Position numbers and translations under genes: made by a program. A DNA stretch of 64,000 nt from a virus. Numbering within the stretch: position 1 is the first letter of the stretch; every line of letters starts with the position of its first letter. The stretch lies in IMG/VR virus record IMGVR_UViG_3300027708_000021, one strand, 5' to 3'. Shown in pieces: positions 29,510 to 39,315 of this stretch. Below the pieces are notes generated by a model. That model saw only the letters and a program-made list of their open reading frames with translations. It ran no database searches and was not told the origin of the DNA.

Positions 29510-29875
29510 ATGAAATTCAAATTACTTATTGTGCTGGCTTTTTTAATCCCAGCATTTGGATTTGCACAGTCTACACAAAACAACGGTAAGGCCGCTGTAA
29601 AAGATAATGGCAATACTAGCCTCCGGGGCTCGTATGGCAATACTGATCTACAAGGTTCGTATGGCAATACTGATATCAAAGGATCCTATGGTAATACTGA
29701 TCTACAAGGATCATACGGTAATACCGATATCAAGGGCTCGTATGGTAACACCAATCTACAAGGCTCGTACGGTAATACCAGTAATACTGTCAGCATTGGC
29801 GGTAATGGAAACAACGGCAACGCACCAACAAAAATAATAATCAATCTTACCATAGAGATGCCGACCGCAAAATAA
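29510..29875 (+). CDS. Exported protein with 9-aa GNT(D)(L/I)(Q/K)GSY repeats
   Basis: Signal peptide followed by six tandem repeats. Confidence 0.75.
   Translation: MKFKLLIVLAFLIPAFGFAQSTQNNGKAAVKDNGNTSLRGSYGNTDLQGSYGNTDIKGSYGNTDLQGSYGNTDIKGSYGNTNLQGSYGNTSNTVSIGGNGNNGNAPTKIIINLTIEMPTAK
29609..29779 (+). repeat. 27-bp coding tandem repeat, 6 copies plus a partial
   Basis: GGYAAYACYRRY-type units at 29609, 29636, 29663, 29690, 29717, 29744; differences mostly synonymous. Confidence 0.9.
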
Positions 29876-29892
29876 AATTAAAGGAAAATAAA

Positions 29893-30972
29893 ATGATTAA
29901 AAATATATTAGCAGTAATGATACTCGGTATCACAGTAATAAGTGGTGCTCGAGCAGAAGATGCGCCAACAACTTTGTTAAGCTCGGGGACCATAAGCCCT
30001 TATCAAGCTCATCGTAACGGACTATTCATGGCAGCAGATTTTCTTGCGGCAGTTCCCGGCAATACACGATTTGAACTAAGCACCCAACCGTGGATGGATA
30101 CTTCAAACAACACCGTTGTTATCGCAAAGATGCCATTTGTAAGCGGTACCAAATATGCTAAAGATTACGCAAAAGAAGGTAGTGTGTTTGCTATTACCGA
30201 AGATAGTCGGTATCGTTATTTTGTAGGTAATGGATTACCCAACACCGCAATGGGCGACTTTCCTGTACAACCTGGCACTCCTGCCTACAAGTTTTATCAA
30301 GAAGCTCCAGGCGGACATGATTTTAGAACAGGTATTCCTGGTCATGATTATTCAAGTGCCGCGGCAATTGGTATCAGCCCTTATGAGTTGAATATTCAAC
30401 TACCTAAAATTCCCAAGCTAAGTGCTACGCCTAATCCCATAGCCGCATTGCCAATTGGCGTTACACTTACTGGCACAGTATGGCACGCTGAGATTGCCAA
30501 CGCCAGTGCCACAGCATGGTATCCACCTGCTTCAATCTTGCCAATTGACCAATGCTGGGGACATCCTTATGCTCAACAATATCACTTACATGGTTATAGC
30601 TGGAAGTGTTTTCCCAACCAAGGAACCGAAGGCCACTCACCCTTGTTTGGCTATGCTCTAGACGGATTTGGTGTCTATGGTCCCAGAGGCGATGACAGCA
30701 AAATGGTTACCAATGCTCAACTGGACGAATGTCATGGACACACCCATCCAGTACAGTGGGATGGCAAGATGCAGAATATCTATCACTATCACTTGAACCG
30801 TGAATTTCCATATGCCATTGGTTGTTTTAGAGGCGAAGTCAACTATGATCAAGCCCTGGGGTCGGCCGACATGAACGCACACAAAAAACCTCATGGAGTA
30901 CCAAGCAAGAATGGACACGAGAATCACGGGCCAAAAGGTATTATTGCGATTCCGATTGGATCATTCCAATGA
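29893..30972 (+). CDS. Exported YHYH-domain protein
   Basis: Signal peptide; DQCWGHP...QYHLH, GYALDGFGVYG, LDECHGH, YHYHL..FPY.IGC. Confidence 0.85.
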   Translation: MIKNILAVMILGITVISGARAEDAPTTLLSSGTISPYQAHRNGLFMAADFLAAVPGNTRFELSTQPWMDTSNNTVVIAKMPFVSGTKYAKDYAKEGSVFAITEDSRYRYFVGNGLPNTAMGDFPVQPGTPAYKFYQEAPGGHDFRTGIPGHDYSSAAAIGISPYELNIQLPKIPKLSATPNPIAALPIGVTLTGTVWHAEIANASATAWYPPASILPIDQCWGHPYAQQYHLHGYSWKCFPNQGTEGHSPLFGYALDGFGVYGPRGDDSKMVTNAQLDECHGHTHPVQWDGKMQNIYHYHLNREFPYAIGCFRGEVNYDQALGSADMNAHKKPHGVPSKNGHENHGPKGIIAIPIGSFQ

Positions 30973-31238
30973 AAATATCCTCAAAGGAAGATATAACTGA
31001 TATAGAATTTGTTACCAACGAAGGACAGGTTCTTAAAAGTTTAGATCAACATTTAAGAGAGTGGTTGATAATAAGAAATCTTAATCCAGATTTTTATATT
31101 GAAGACGAAGCAAAAGAAATAATACTAGCCTCATTACAAGATGAGAATTTTGAGTCAGCGTATATTGACGAAGAAGAAGGATTAGTAATAGAATTTAAAG
31201 AAGACGATGAGCCAACAACAATACAACCTAACAACTAA
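30969..31238 (+). CDS. Hypothetical acidic protein
   Basis: 89 aa, coupled to the previous gene. Confidence 0.55.
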   Translation: MKISSKEDITDIEFVTNEGQVLKSLDQHLREWLIIRNLNPDFYIEDEAKEIILASLQDENFESAYIDEEEGLVIEFKEDDEPTTIQPNN

Positions 31239-32307
31239 AACAGATTATCTTAATCGTAAGATGTTCTTGGACCCAGCAGGGCCTGTAACTATCCAACGAT
31301 TTGAAGAAGTCAAATACAATAAAATTGTAAAATTTGAACAAGAAGCCCGCGGATTCTTTTGGGTGCCCGAGGAAATTTCGCTAACCAAAGATGCTAACGA
31401 TTTTAAAGAATCTAGTGATACGGTACGACATATCTTTACCAGTAATTTGCTTAGACAAACTGCTCTTGATAGTTTACAAGGTCGCGGTCCAACACAGGTA
31501 TTTACACCTGTAGTGTCTATACCCGAACTAGAAGCACTAATGTATAACTGGGGATTCTTTGAAACAAATATACACAGTCGTAGTTATAGCCATATTATAC
31601 GCAACATCTATAATGTACCTAAAGACATTTTTAATACTATCCATGATACACAAGAAATTGTTGGTATGGCTTCTTCAATTGGAAAATATTATGATAGATT
31701 ACATATGACCAATTGTCGAAAAGAATTATTAGGAAAGGTTGATGAGCAAGAACATATCAATGCTATTTGGCTAGCACTCAATGCCAGTTATGGATTAGAA
31801 GCTTTCCGCTTTATGGTATCATTTGCTACAAGTTTAGCCATGGTTGAGAATCGCATCTTTATTGGTAACGGCAATATTATTAGTTTAATTTTACAGGATG
31901 AAATACTACATAAGGATTGGACAGCTTGGCTAATCAATCAAGTAGTCAAAGAGGATCCTCGATTTGCACAAGCTAAAGTAGAGTGTGAGCAAGAAGTATA
32001 TGCTATGTACTTAGATGTCATACGGGAAGAAAAACAATGGGCTGATTATCTATTTCAAAAAGGCCCAGTGATTGGTCTTAATGCGGCAATACTTAAAGAT
32101 TTTGTTGACTACACAGCCGTTGGTGCTCTTAAAGAAATTGGTATTAAATATCAGTCTCCTGCTCCTAAGACAACGCCTATTCCATGGTTTAATAAACATG
32201 TCAATGTAAGTAATAAACAAACAGCACTCCAAGAATCAGAATCGACTAACTATGTTATTGGTGTGATGAGTGATGTGCTGGATTACGACCAGTTACCAAA
32301 TTTATAA
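31207..32307 (+). CDS. nrdB: Class Ia ribonucleotide reductase beta subunit
   Basis: FFWVPEE, LDSLQGR, ETNIHSRSY, EAFRF, DEILH, QESESTNY. Confidence 0.95.
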   Translation: MSQQQYNLTTKTDYLNRKMFLDPAGPVTIQRFEEVKYNKIVKFEQEARGFFWVPEEISLTKDANDFKESSDTVRHIFTSNLLRQTALDSLQGRGPTQVFTPVVSIPELEALMYNWGFFETNIHSRSYSHIIRNIYNVPKDIFNTIHDTQEIVGMASSIGKYYDRLHMTNCRKELLGKVDEQEHINAIWLALNASYGLEAFRFMVSFATSLAMVENRIFIGNGNIISLILQDEILHKDWTAWLINQVVKEDPRFAQAKVECEQEVYAMYLDVIREEKQWADYLFQKGPVIGLNAAILKDFVDYTAVGALKEIGIKYQSPAPKTTPIPWFNKHVNVSNKQTALQESESTNYVIGVMSDVLDYDQLPNL

Positions 32308-32323
32308 TAATAAGGAGAATAAT

Positions 32324-32548
32324 ATGAAAGCCATTGTATGGTCAAAAAACGCCTGCCCTTTTTGCGTTCAAGCAAAAGCATTACTAGAATCAAAAGGTAT
32401 TGAATTCGAAGAACGCAATGTTCAAGAAGATTGGACAAAAGAGCAGTTGTTAGAAGCGGTTCCTGCCGCAAGAACTTTACCACAGATCTTCTTGGACGAT
32501 AACTATATTGGCGGGTTTACAGAACTTCGCAAACATTTCCAAGGATAA
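32324..32548 (+). CDS. Glutaredoxin
   Basis: CPFC, TLPQIF, IGGF. Confidence 0.92.
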   Translation: MKAIVWSKNACPFCVQAKALLESKGIEFEERNVQEDWTKEQLLEAVPAARTLPQIFLDDNYIGGFTELRKHFQG

Positions 32549-32549
32549 T

Positions 32550-32852
32550 ATGATAGTAGAAAAAGACAAGGTTTACACATTTAAATTAACTAACGCAGAT
32601 GAAATCGTTGCCAAAGTAGTAGATATCACGGACGATACCTATGTAGTTTCACAGCCTTTAAGTGCTGTGCCTACAGAAAAAGGTATCCAATTAATATATA
32701 CTGTGTTTACAGGCGATCCTAAGGAAAATGCTACTATAAATAAAACAGCAGTAGCAATGATTTGTTCAACTCGTGAAGAAGTTGGCGATCATTATCTCGA
32801 AGCTACAACAGGTCTCAAGCCAGTCCGCAAGCCTTCGATCATAATGGGATAA
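32550..32852 (+). CDS. Hypothetical protein (Sm/LSm-like pattern)
   Basis: FKLTNADEIVAKV... Confidence 0.6.
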   Translation: MIVEKDKVYTFKLTNADEIVAKVVDITDDTYVVSQPLSAVPTEKGIQLIYTVFTGDPKENATINKTAVAMICSTREEVGDHYLEATTGLKPVRKPSIIMG

Positions 32853-32853
32853 A

Positions 32854-33135
32854 ATGGGCAGACAAATAGTTCGTGTGGGCGATATAAATAGTGGCGGCGG
32901 AAAAGTAATATCCGGCGACTCTACTGTACGACTGAACGGGCTAGACGTTGCTGTAGAAGGATCGCCAGTAACTCCGCATCCGCACCCTAAAGGTGCTGTC
33001 CAGCACGACCATGCTCATTGTGTGGCCTCCGAACAAACTATTACAGTCCAAGGTAAACGAATAATATTTGTAGGAGATGTTGACACATGTGGTCATAGCC
33101 GCATTCAAGGCAGTCCTAATGTAGGAGGAAGTTAA
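32854..33135 (+). CDS. PAAR-like spike tip protein
   Basis: VRVGD..SGGG, VTPH, H, GDVDTCGH, GSPNV. Confidence 0.85.
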   Translation: MGRQIVRVGDINSGGGKVISGDSTVRLNGLDVAVEGSPVTPHPHPKGAVQHDHAHCVASEQTITVQGKRIIFVGDVDTCGHSRIQGSPNVGGS

Positions 33136-33136
33136 T

Positions 33137-34105
33137 ATGGCCAGCGTCCTAACTCCCTTTCAAATTACGGCCACTGCTAATTTATTGTACAATCAAGGAT
33201 TGAGTGTTAATGCTGTATTTGTATCAAATATAGAAACCTACGAAAATCTTCCATATGTATCGGCATTAAAACAAGCTATAACAACTTCTACAACAGCAAA
33301 TTTATCAGCAAATACATTAAGTCAATTATACACGCTTGGCACAAATACTTGCCCAGCACTTAGCGATAGCATTCCGTCAACTAGCACAACACAGCCTGCT
33401 AATACATTGTTTACAACTTTATTATCGCAAACAGCCAATTCGTACATTTCATCTAACACAGGAAAAGATGTCACAGTATTTTGTCAAGGATTTAGTGCGC
33501 TTTCTGGATATAATGGCGTAACAAATAATTTTATTAATTCAGCTGTCAACAGTCAGACATATTTGGGCGGTATTTTTCCAGGCAACAATAGTTTAGTGTC
33601 GGGTGGTATTACAGATGTCAATACCTGCACTGCTCTGTGGGGTAGCGATTTAAAAGCATTAGGTGGCCTAATTAATTTAAGTAATTTGGCTGAACTTGGA
33701 ACACCACTGGCACTTATTAAACAACTAGCATCTATTGGTGGTATTACACCTGATTTATCAATAGCATTTGCTAATGCGGGTGTTAATCAAGATACTGTAG
33801 TGAAATTTATTTCTGCTAACCTAACAGCAACAGATGTTGATCAAAAAGCAATGTATAATGCTATGACTCAAATTACTGGAACAGTATTAACTCAGGTATT
33901 AACATTATTAGGAGTTACAACTCCTAATATTAACACCATGGCCGATTTATTAAATCCATATAAAATATTTCCTAATAGTTTTCAATCATTAACAGTGACA
34001 GGCGTGAACGGAGTAACTCAAAATATCTATATTGATTCTGCTGGAACAGTTAATTCTACTGTAAAACAATTTTTGCCTAAAGTGGCACTAAACACATTAT
34101 CATGA
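33137..34105 (+). CDS. Putative baseplate/tail structural protein
   Basis: Ser/Thr/Asn-rich; follows the PAAR gene. Confidence 0.55.
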   Translation: MASVLTPFQITATANLLYNQGLSVNAVFVSNIETYENLPYVSALKQAITTSTTANLSANTLSQLYTLGTNTCPALSDSIPSTSTTQPANTLFTTLLSQTANSYISSNTGKDVTVFCQGFSALSGYNGVTNNFINSAVNSQTYLGGIFPGNNSLVSGGITDVNTCTALWGSDLKALGGLINLSNLAELGTPLALIKQLASIGGITPDLSIAFANAGVNQDTVVKFISANLTATDVDQKAMYNAMTQITGTVLTQVLTLLGVTTPNINTMADLLNPYKIFPNSFQSLTVTGVNGVTQNIYIDSAGTVNSTVKQFLPKVALNTLS

Positions 34106-35055
34106 CAGCCTTAGATAGATTAAGCCAAATTATTCCCCCAGATATAGCCTTAGCTAATAAAGCACTATCTGTATCTATGTTACAGATTACTGGCATAGCA
34201 TCTATGAAACTTCCAGCGTTTGCTAATACAGTATCTAATGTTCAAACAACATATGGATTACCGTTAATTACCAATGCTACTTCAGCAGTACCACCTAATT
34301 CAGCTAATGCTATTATTAATAAACTTGGTGTTGGCACTAGTAACAATGGTACTATTACTATTGCTGATGCCATGGGAACAATAGCTGGTGTTGTGTCAGC
34401 CAATGCTCTAGCTAACACCATTGAAATTACAAGCACTATGAATTTAAGTAATTTAGCTAATATCTATATCAATATGACTGCCACAGCCAATGGAAGTTAT
34501 GGAGATATTACTTCGGGGCCTATTGTTATTCCGTCCGGCCCTGCTAACGGCACGTATGACAATCTCAATGCCGCATTTAATGGACAAGAAATTTCAGGTA
34601 ACATAGGCGGTATTGGACTTATTCCAGCAACAACATCAAATGTTATCCCAACTATTGTATCCACTTATCCAAGCCAAACAGCTAATTTAAATTCTAATTG
34701 GTCTAATATGGCCGCACAAATAAATCTTGAAAAATCAATACAAGCAAGTGCCGATATTGTTTTTGCAAATTTAATGCCAAATAGTACATCGTCGATTTAT
34801 AGTTTTGTATTCTCACTACCAACATACGGCCAAGATACGACTGTTGGTGGTACCTCTCAATTTCTTGAAGCAGTAGCAGATAAAACTACTATTGGTGGAG
34901 AAGCAATTATTGCCACACTAAGACAAGGGCAGTCTAACATCAGTTCATCGGCGATTAAGCCAAGTATAAATGTACCAGCCAATCCAAATCCACCCCCTGC
35001 CCAAGCAACTTTGTTACCGGCACAACCCCCATATCCGCCACCAACTACAACATAG
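34102..35055 (+). CDS. Putative baseplate/tail structural protein
   Basis: Ser/Thr/Ala-rich, Pro-rich tail; coupled to the previous gene. Confidence 0.55.
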   Translation: MTALDRLSQIIPPDIALANKALSVSMLQITGIASMKLPAFANTVSNVQTTYGLPLITNATSAVPPNSANAIINKLGVGTSNNGTITIADAMGTIAGVVSANALANTIEITSTMNLSNLANIYINMTATANGSYGDITSGPIVIPSGPANGTYDNLNAAFNGQEISGNIGGIGLIPATTSNVIPTIVSTYPSQTANLNSNWSNMAAQINLEKSIQASADIVFANLMPNSTSSIYSFVFSLPTYGQDTTVGGTSQFLEAVADKTTIGGEAIIATLRQGQSNISSSAIKPSINVPANPNPPPAQATLLPAQPPYPPPTTT

Positions 35056-35063
35056 AAAAACTT

Positions 35064-35117
35064 TGTTGTGAAAATACAACATCAATAGTTGACGAAAAAT
35101 TTGAATGATCATACAAT
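35064..35117 (+). promoter_or_regulatory. Palindromic operator TGTTGT-N6-ACAACA plus a sigma70 promoter
   Basis: Palindrome 35064-81; TTGACG-17-TACAAT. Confidence 0.65.
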
Positions 35118-35123
35118 GTATGA

Positions 35124-35651
35124 ATGTCAAATAAAACTCTAACTATCATAGCTTGCATACTTCTTGGGTTAATCCTACTTCGAGCTGAAATACGCATGGA
35201 TAAGATAGAAGACAAATTAGACGATGTAATTCAAACTAAGTTCGTAGTTAAACATACACCTAAAGATGTTGAATGTTTAACAAAAAATATTTACTACGAA
35301 GCTGGAGTAGAAAATCGTACTGGCAAATATGCCGTAGCTCATGTAACCCTTAATCGTGTAAAATCTGGATACTGGGGCAATGATGTATGTAAAGTAGTCT
35401 ACGCTAAAAAACAATTTAGTTGGACTCTAAAAGCTAAATTGCCTACACCAAATAAAGATGTATGGGAAGAATCTAAAGCTATTGCTATAGAAGTTTTAAA
35501 AGGTGCCAGAGTTCGAGGCGTAGCCAACAGTTTATATTATCACGCAGATTATATCAAACAACCCTATTGGGTTGACACTACCGAATATGTTCTAACCATT
35601 GGTCGACATTTATTTTATAACCGTGCTAAAAACTCAGGAGTTTATATATGA
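35124..35651 (+). CDS. Cell wall hydrolase (SleB/Hydrolase_2)
   Basis: CLTKNIYYEAG, AVAHVTLNRV, QFSW, YYHA, IGRHLFY; N-terminal TM. Confidence 0.9.
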   Translation: MSNKTLTIIACILLGLILLRAEIRMDKIEDKLDDVIQTKFVVKHTPKDVECLTKNIYYEAGVENRTGKYAVAHVTLNRVKSGYWGNDVCKVVYAKKQFSWTLKAKLPTPNKDVWEESKAIAIEVLKGARVRGVANSLYYHADYIKQPYWVDTTEYVLTIGRHLFYNRAKNSGVYI

Positions 35652-35854
35652 AATGGGCATTAATATTTTGGGCTACTAATCCCACAAATTTTACCGTACA
35701 TTCGGTTTACTTGGTACAAGATAATTGTTTGGCAAAACAAGCATATTACCAAGAAAAATTTACCAGTATGAAAGCTGAATGTAAACCGGCCAAAGAAGTC
35801 AAGCTAGGAGCCCCTACAACTATTACAGTTAAACAGGTTACAGTACCCGGTTGA
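35648..35854 (+). CDS. Hypothetical protein
   Basis: 68 aa, coupled. Confidence 0.55.
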   Translation: MKWALIFWATNPTNFTVHSVYLVQDNCLAKQAYYQEKFTSMKAECKPAKEVKLGAPTTITVKQVTVPG

Positions 35855-35879
35855 CAATTAATTCCAATTTCGCTATAAT
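35851..35879 (+). promoter_or_regulatory. Sigma70-type early promoter
   Basis: TTGACA-17-TATAAT, leader TATAGTTAATAAAAGGAGC. Confidence 0.85.
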
Positions 35880-35909
35880 ACTTGTATAGTTAATAAAAGG
35901 AGCAATATT

Positions 35910-36287
35910 ATGATGTTCGTTATTCGTACACAGTTTATGGAAAATTACGGTGCCCATGATTGGGACGGTAAAGGCGAGTGCCCGCAGTATTGGAAATTTA
36001 AAGGCGGTAGCGAATACAAAATCACAGGCGTAGACGTTACTGCCGATCCACAAGACTATATTAATCTTGCCAATGTTGAATTTAGCTGTGAAGGCGCTCG
36101 CGAATACATCTTAGGCTACTCATTTGAGTCAGACGACTATTTGTCTGATTTTGAGAAATCACAGTTAGAGTATGACGGTCATATTGCTTATCCTGAGCCA
36201 TACTTGAGCTGGGATGAAATGGAAGCTCAAGTAATGAGCACTAGCACTGAAATGGTGTTTAACCGTGAAGCTAAGGAATTGGCATAA
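35910..36287 (+). CDS. Phage early hypothetical protein (ENYGAHDWDG..CPQYWKFKGG)
   Basis: 125 aa with RBS. Confidence 0.75.
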   Translation: MMFVIRTQFMENYGAHDWDGKGECPQYWKFKGGSEYKITGVDVTADPQDYINLANVEFSCEGAREYILGYSFESDDYLSDFEKSQLEYDGHIAYPEPYLSWDEMEAQVMSTSTEMVFNREAKELA

Positions 36288-36487
36288 TGGAAAAGAAAAG
36301 ACAAATGAGTCGCGATAAATTTACTAATATCGTACGACAGACATTAAGTCGTAAAGATATTATGACGTTTGTATCAGGACTACACGACATCCAGATGGAC
36401 ATGATTGAGACTACAGTAATGGCTAAAGAGCGTCAGGGTTTTCCTGAAGCTAATATGGTAATAAAACATATCATGGAGAAGAAATGA
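36287..36487 (+). CDS. Hypothetical protein
   Basis: 66 aa, coupled. Confidence 0.6.
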   Translation: MEKKRQMSRDKFTNIVRQTLSRKDIMTFVSGLHDIQMDMIETTVMAKERQGFPEANMVIKHIMEKK

Positions 36488-36771
36488 ACTTTTCATTTAT
36501 CGGTTGGTGTAAGGAAGAAAACCACGATAAAGTATGGGGAGCCATTGAACTCAGTACCGCTAGATATGTTACATTTTGGGGTCGTCGTGGAAAAAAATTA
36601 CAAACTAAATCGCTGGTTGTAAGCTCTTATGAATTAAGAAAATTAATCAATCAAAAAACAGCTAAAGGATATATTAGTGTTGACAAAAATAATTTAGATC
36701 GAGTATATCCTGAGTTTGAAAAAGATTTAGAGCAAACTGCCATGTGGTCAATGCTAAAAGGAACAATATGA
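36484..36771 (+). CDS. WGR-domain-like protein
   Basis: HDKVW...FWGRRG...KTAKGY. Confidence 0.7.
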   Translation: MNFSFIGWCKEENHDKVWGAIELSTARYVTFWGRRGKKLQTKSLVVSSYELRKLINQKTAKGYISVDKNNLDRVYPEFEKDLEQTAMWSMLKGTI

Positions 36772-36938
36772 AACAAGGATCCTTTCGTCATTGGTGTACT
36801 GAAAAATGGTACGAACATCAAGATGAAATGTTGTCTTATGGGCAAAAATCAGATATAACAAATAGCGCAGAATATTTTAACAAATATAAATTTTGGTTAA
36901 AGCGGGAATATAAACATCAAGAAGGACAAAGTAAATAA
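36768..36938 (+). CDS. Hypothetical protein
   Basis: 56 aa, coupled. Confidence 0.6.
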   Translation: MKQGSFRHWCTEKWYEHQDEMLSYGQKSDITNSAEYFNKYKFWLKREYKHQEGQSK

Positions 36939-36939
36939 T

Positions 36940-38325
36940 ATGAGTATGACCCCAGACTTTGAGTCTAAACAATTTGAAGGAATTAAATTGGCGGCAGACT
37001 GGATCCGTGACCTAAAAAGCAGCGATAGCCGTTTACACAAAGAATCAGTTATTGAAAAAGCATTAATGGCAGCCAAACTTGGCTCAACCAATGCCCAATG
37101 TTTCTTGTTTAATTGTTATCAAGCATACAATCCTTACTATGTGTTTGGAGTAAAGAAAGTACCCGAAACAGAAGGCTTGGCTCATATGCCTAATCCGTGG
37201 CCTAAGTTCTGGGCCATGCTAGAAGGTCTACGCACTCGCAGTCTTACTGGGCATAATGCTAAGACAGCAATTGAGTTTATGAGTGAACAATTTGATAGTG
37301 AAGAATGGAATAATTTATGTCGTCCTGTATTAATCAAAGACCTACGATGTGGCATTACTGAGCGCACACTTAATAAAGTATTAGGCAAAACTGAATGGGC
37401 TATTCCGGTATTTGAATGCCAACTTGCTACTGATTCTAATAAACATTTAGGCAAAATGAAAGGCGTTAAACGTCTTGAACAAAAATTAGATGGCGTTCGT
37501 GTGCTAGCAATCGTAACTAAATTTAATGTTAATTTATACAGTCGCAACGGAAAACCATTTGAAAACTTTCCACACATTATCAAATCGTTGGAAGATAATA
37601 GGAATAAATTTGCTAAACTTTTTTCTAAATATAAATCAGGTTTTGTATTAGACGGAGAAGTTATTGGCGCAAGTTTTCAAGCATTAATGAAACAAGCCCA
37701 GCGTAAATCTAATGTAGAAACTAGTGACATGGTTTATTCTGTGTTTGATATTATTCCATTAGATGACTTTGAACGCGGGTTTTGGAACGCTCAACAACAC
37801 AAGCGTCTAGATATCTTAGAAGAATACCGTAGTGTGTTTGAAGATAATACAGACTGTATTCGTATTATGGATGGCATTGAAGTTGACCTTAGTATCAGCG
37901 AAGGGCATGATATTTTACGCCGTTATGCCAATGACGCAGTTGTGGCTGGGTTCGAAGGCATCATGATTAAAGATGTTGATGCCCCGTACGAATGTAAGCG
38001 CAGTACTTTCTGGATGAAATGGAAACCGGTAATTACCGTAGACTTGAATATTGTTGGCTACGAGGAAGGTACAGGCCGTAATGCTGGCAGACTTGGCGCA
38101 TTTATTTGTGAAGGTGTGGATGATGATAGAAACATTAGGGTCAATGTTGGTAGTGGGCTTAGTGATGACGATAGGGTTAGTTATTGGGACAATGCTGATC
38201 AGCTTATCGGTGATGTCGTTGAAGTGGCTGCTGATGCGGTTACACAAAATCAAGACGGTACCTACAGTTTAAGGTTCCCACGGTTTGTTCGATTCCGTGG
38301 ATTTGAACCAGGTGAAAAATTATAA
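36940..38325 (+). CDS. ATP-dependent DNA ligase (gp30-like)
   Basis: EQKLDGVR, SRNGK, LDGE, FDII, EGIMIK, KWK, SLRFPRF. Confidence 0.95.
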   Translation: MSMTPDFESKQFEGIKLAADWIRDLKSSDSRLHKESVIEKALMAAKLGSTNAQCFLFNCYQAYNPYYVFGVKKVPETEGLAHMPNPWPKFWAMLEGLRTRSLTGHNAKTAIEFMSEQFDSEEWNNLCRPVLIKDLRCGITERTLNKVLGKTEWAIPVFECQLATDSNKHLGKMKGVKRLEQKLDGVRVLAIVTKFNVNLYSRNGKPFENFPHIIKSLEDNRNKFAKLFSKYKSGFVLDGEVIGASFQALMKQAQRKSNVETSDMVYSVFDIIPLDDFERGFWNAQQHKRLDILEEYRSVFEDNTDCIRIMDGIEVDLSISEGHDILRRYANDAVVAGFEGIMIKDVDAPYECKRSTFWMKWKPVITVDLNIVGYEEGTGRNAGRLGAFICEGVDDDRNIRVNVGSGLSDDDRVSYWDNADQLIGDVVEVAADAVTQNQDGTYSLRFPRFVRFRGFEPGEKL

Positions 38326-38337
38326 AAGGAAAATAAA

Positions 38338-38505
38338 ATGGCTGTCAAATCTTGGTACTTAACTATTGTAGAAACCGGAACAAACAAAAAAATACTGGAC
38401 AAAATGTTCTTCACCGCTCCCGAAATGAATAAATTTATTAAGGCAGAGGAACTAGTAGAAAAATATCCAAAGCCACAATATTATATGGTTAAGGAAAATT
38501 ACTGA
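38338..38505 (+). CDS. Small hypothetical protein (55 aa)
   Basis: RBS AAGGA; MAVKSWYLTIVE... Confidence 0.6.
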   Translation: MAVKSWYLTIVETGTNKKILDKMFFTAPEMNKFIKAEELVEKYPKPQYYMVKENY

Positions 38506-38753
38506 TGAAAATAAAACGCAGAAAATTTAATATTTTTGAACAAATGGAATTGGCTTACGCTGATTCAACAACCTCTGGGCCAGTAGAAGAATATATTCTA
38601 ACCCCTGATGAATTTTATGAATTCACACTAGATGCTAAAAATCGGCCAGGTACTAGTTTTCGAAAAGTATCTGGGCGACCTAATGATACACTAGGTGGAG
38701 ATTGGTATTTTCGCGGCGCATTAGTAAGTGCAAACGGCAAAATAAAAAGTTGA
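38505..38753 (+). CDS. Hypothetical protein
   Basis: 82 aa, coupled. Confidence 0.6.
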   Translation: MKIKRRKFNIFEQMELAYADSTTSGPVEEYILTPDEFYEFTLDAKNRPGTSFRKVSGRPNDTLGGDWYFRGALVSANGKIKS

Positions 38754-38905
38754 TTTAATGCCTTGACGATTGTATAATATGTAATCGTTAGGGAGAATTT
38801 AATGGAACTGATATGGATAATGGAAGCGTTGCTTACTACAGCAGCAGCCTTTTTGCTGATTTACATAGTAGTGTGGTTTACTTCTCGATTTAACAAGGAC
38901 GAATA

Positions 38906-39097
38906 ATGATGCCCAGAATTGAAGTCGCAGGACAATGTGGATGCGGCCGTAGCCCGACTGGTAAGTGTTGCGGTTGGCATGCCCTTACCGAAGAAGCATA
39001 TAAAGCTAAAAAAGATGAATACGACTTAGCTGAATATCAAAAACAGGCAGCCGCTATTTGGTCTGATAGTTGTACTAGCGGAAGATCTGAACTTTGA
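38906..39097 (+). CDS. CDGSH-like Fe-S/metal-binding small protein
   Basis: CGCGRSPTGKCCGWH versus canonical CxCxxSxxxPxCDGxH. Confidence 0.55.
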   Translation: MMPRIEVAGQCGCGRSPTGKCCGWHALTEEAYKAKKDEYDLAEYQKQAAAIWSDSCTSGRSEL

Positions 39098-39315
39098 ATC
39101 CAATTAAATTATTAACTCAAACTGTTGACAGCCTTTGGTTATGGACTTACGGGTTGGTTGCCGGGTGGGGTCTTACTGTTACTTTGATTGTAGTAGCACT
39201 AATTTTTCTTTTGATCCGCACTATTAATCTCCAAAAAAGGATTAATACTTTAGAATCACGATTAGTTCATGCCGAACGCGACTATAATATTACACTTAGT
39301 AAATGGCAGAAGTAA
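39094..39315 (+). CDS. Small membrane protein
   Basis: One TM helix and a coiled coil; TTG start. Confidence 0.55.
   Translation: MNPIKLLTQTVDSLWLWTYGLVAGWGLTVTLIVVALIFLLIRTINLQKRINTLESRLVHAERDYNITLSKWQK

Noticed and set aside
29609-29779. 27-bp repeats as a CRISPR array
   Set aside because: No spacers; in-frame coding repeat with synonymous variation; no cas genes
26559-32307. Introns, inteins or homing endonucleases in nrdA/nrdB (also uvsX, helicase, ligase)
   Set aside because: All are of normal length with contiguous motifs; the nrdA-nrdB insert encodes exported proteins, not nucleases
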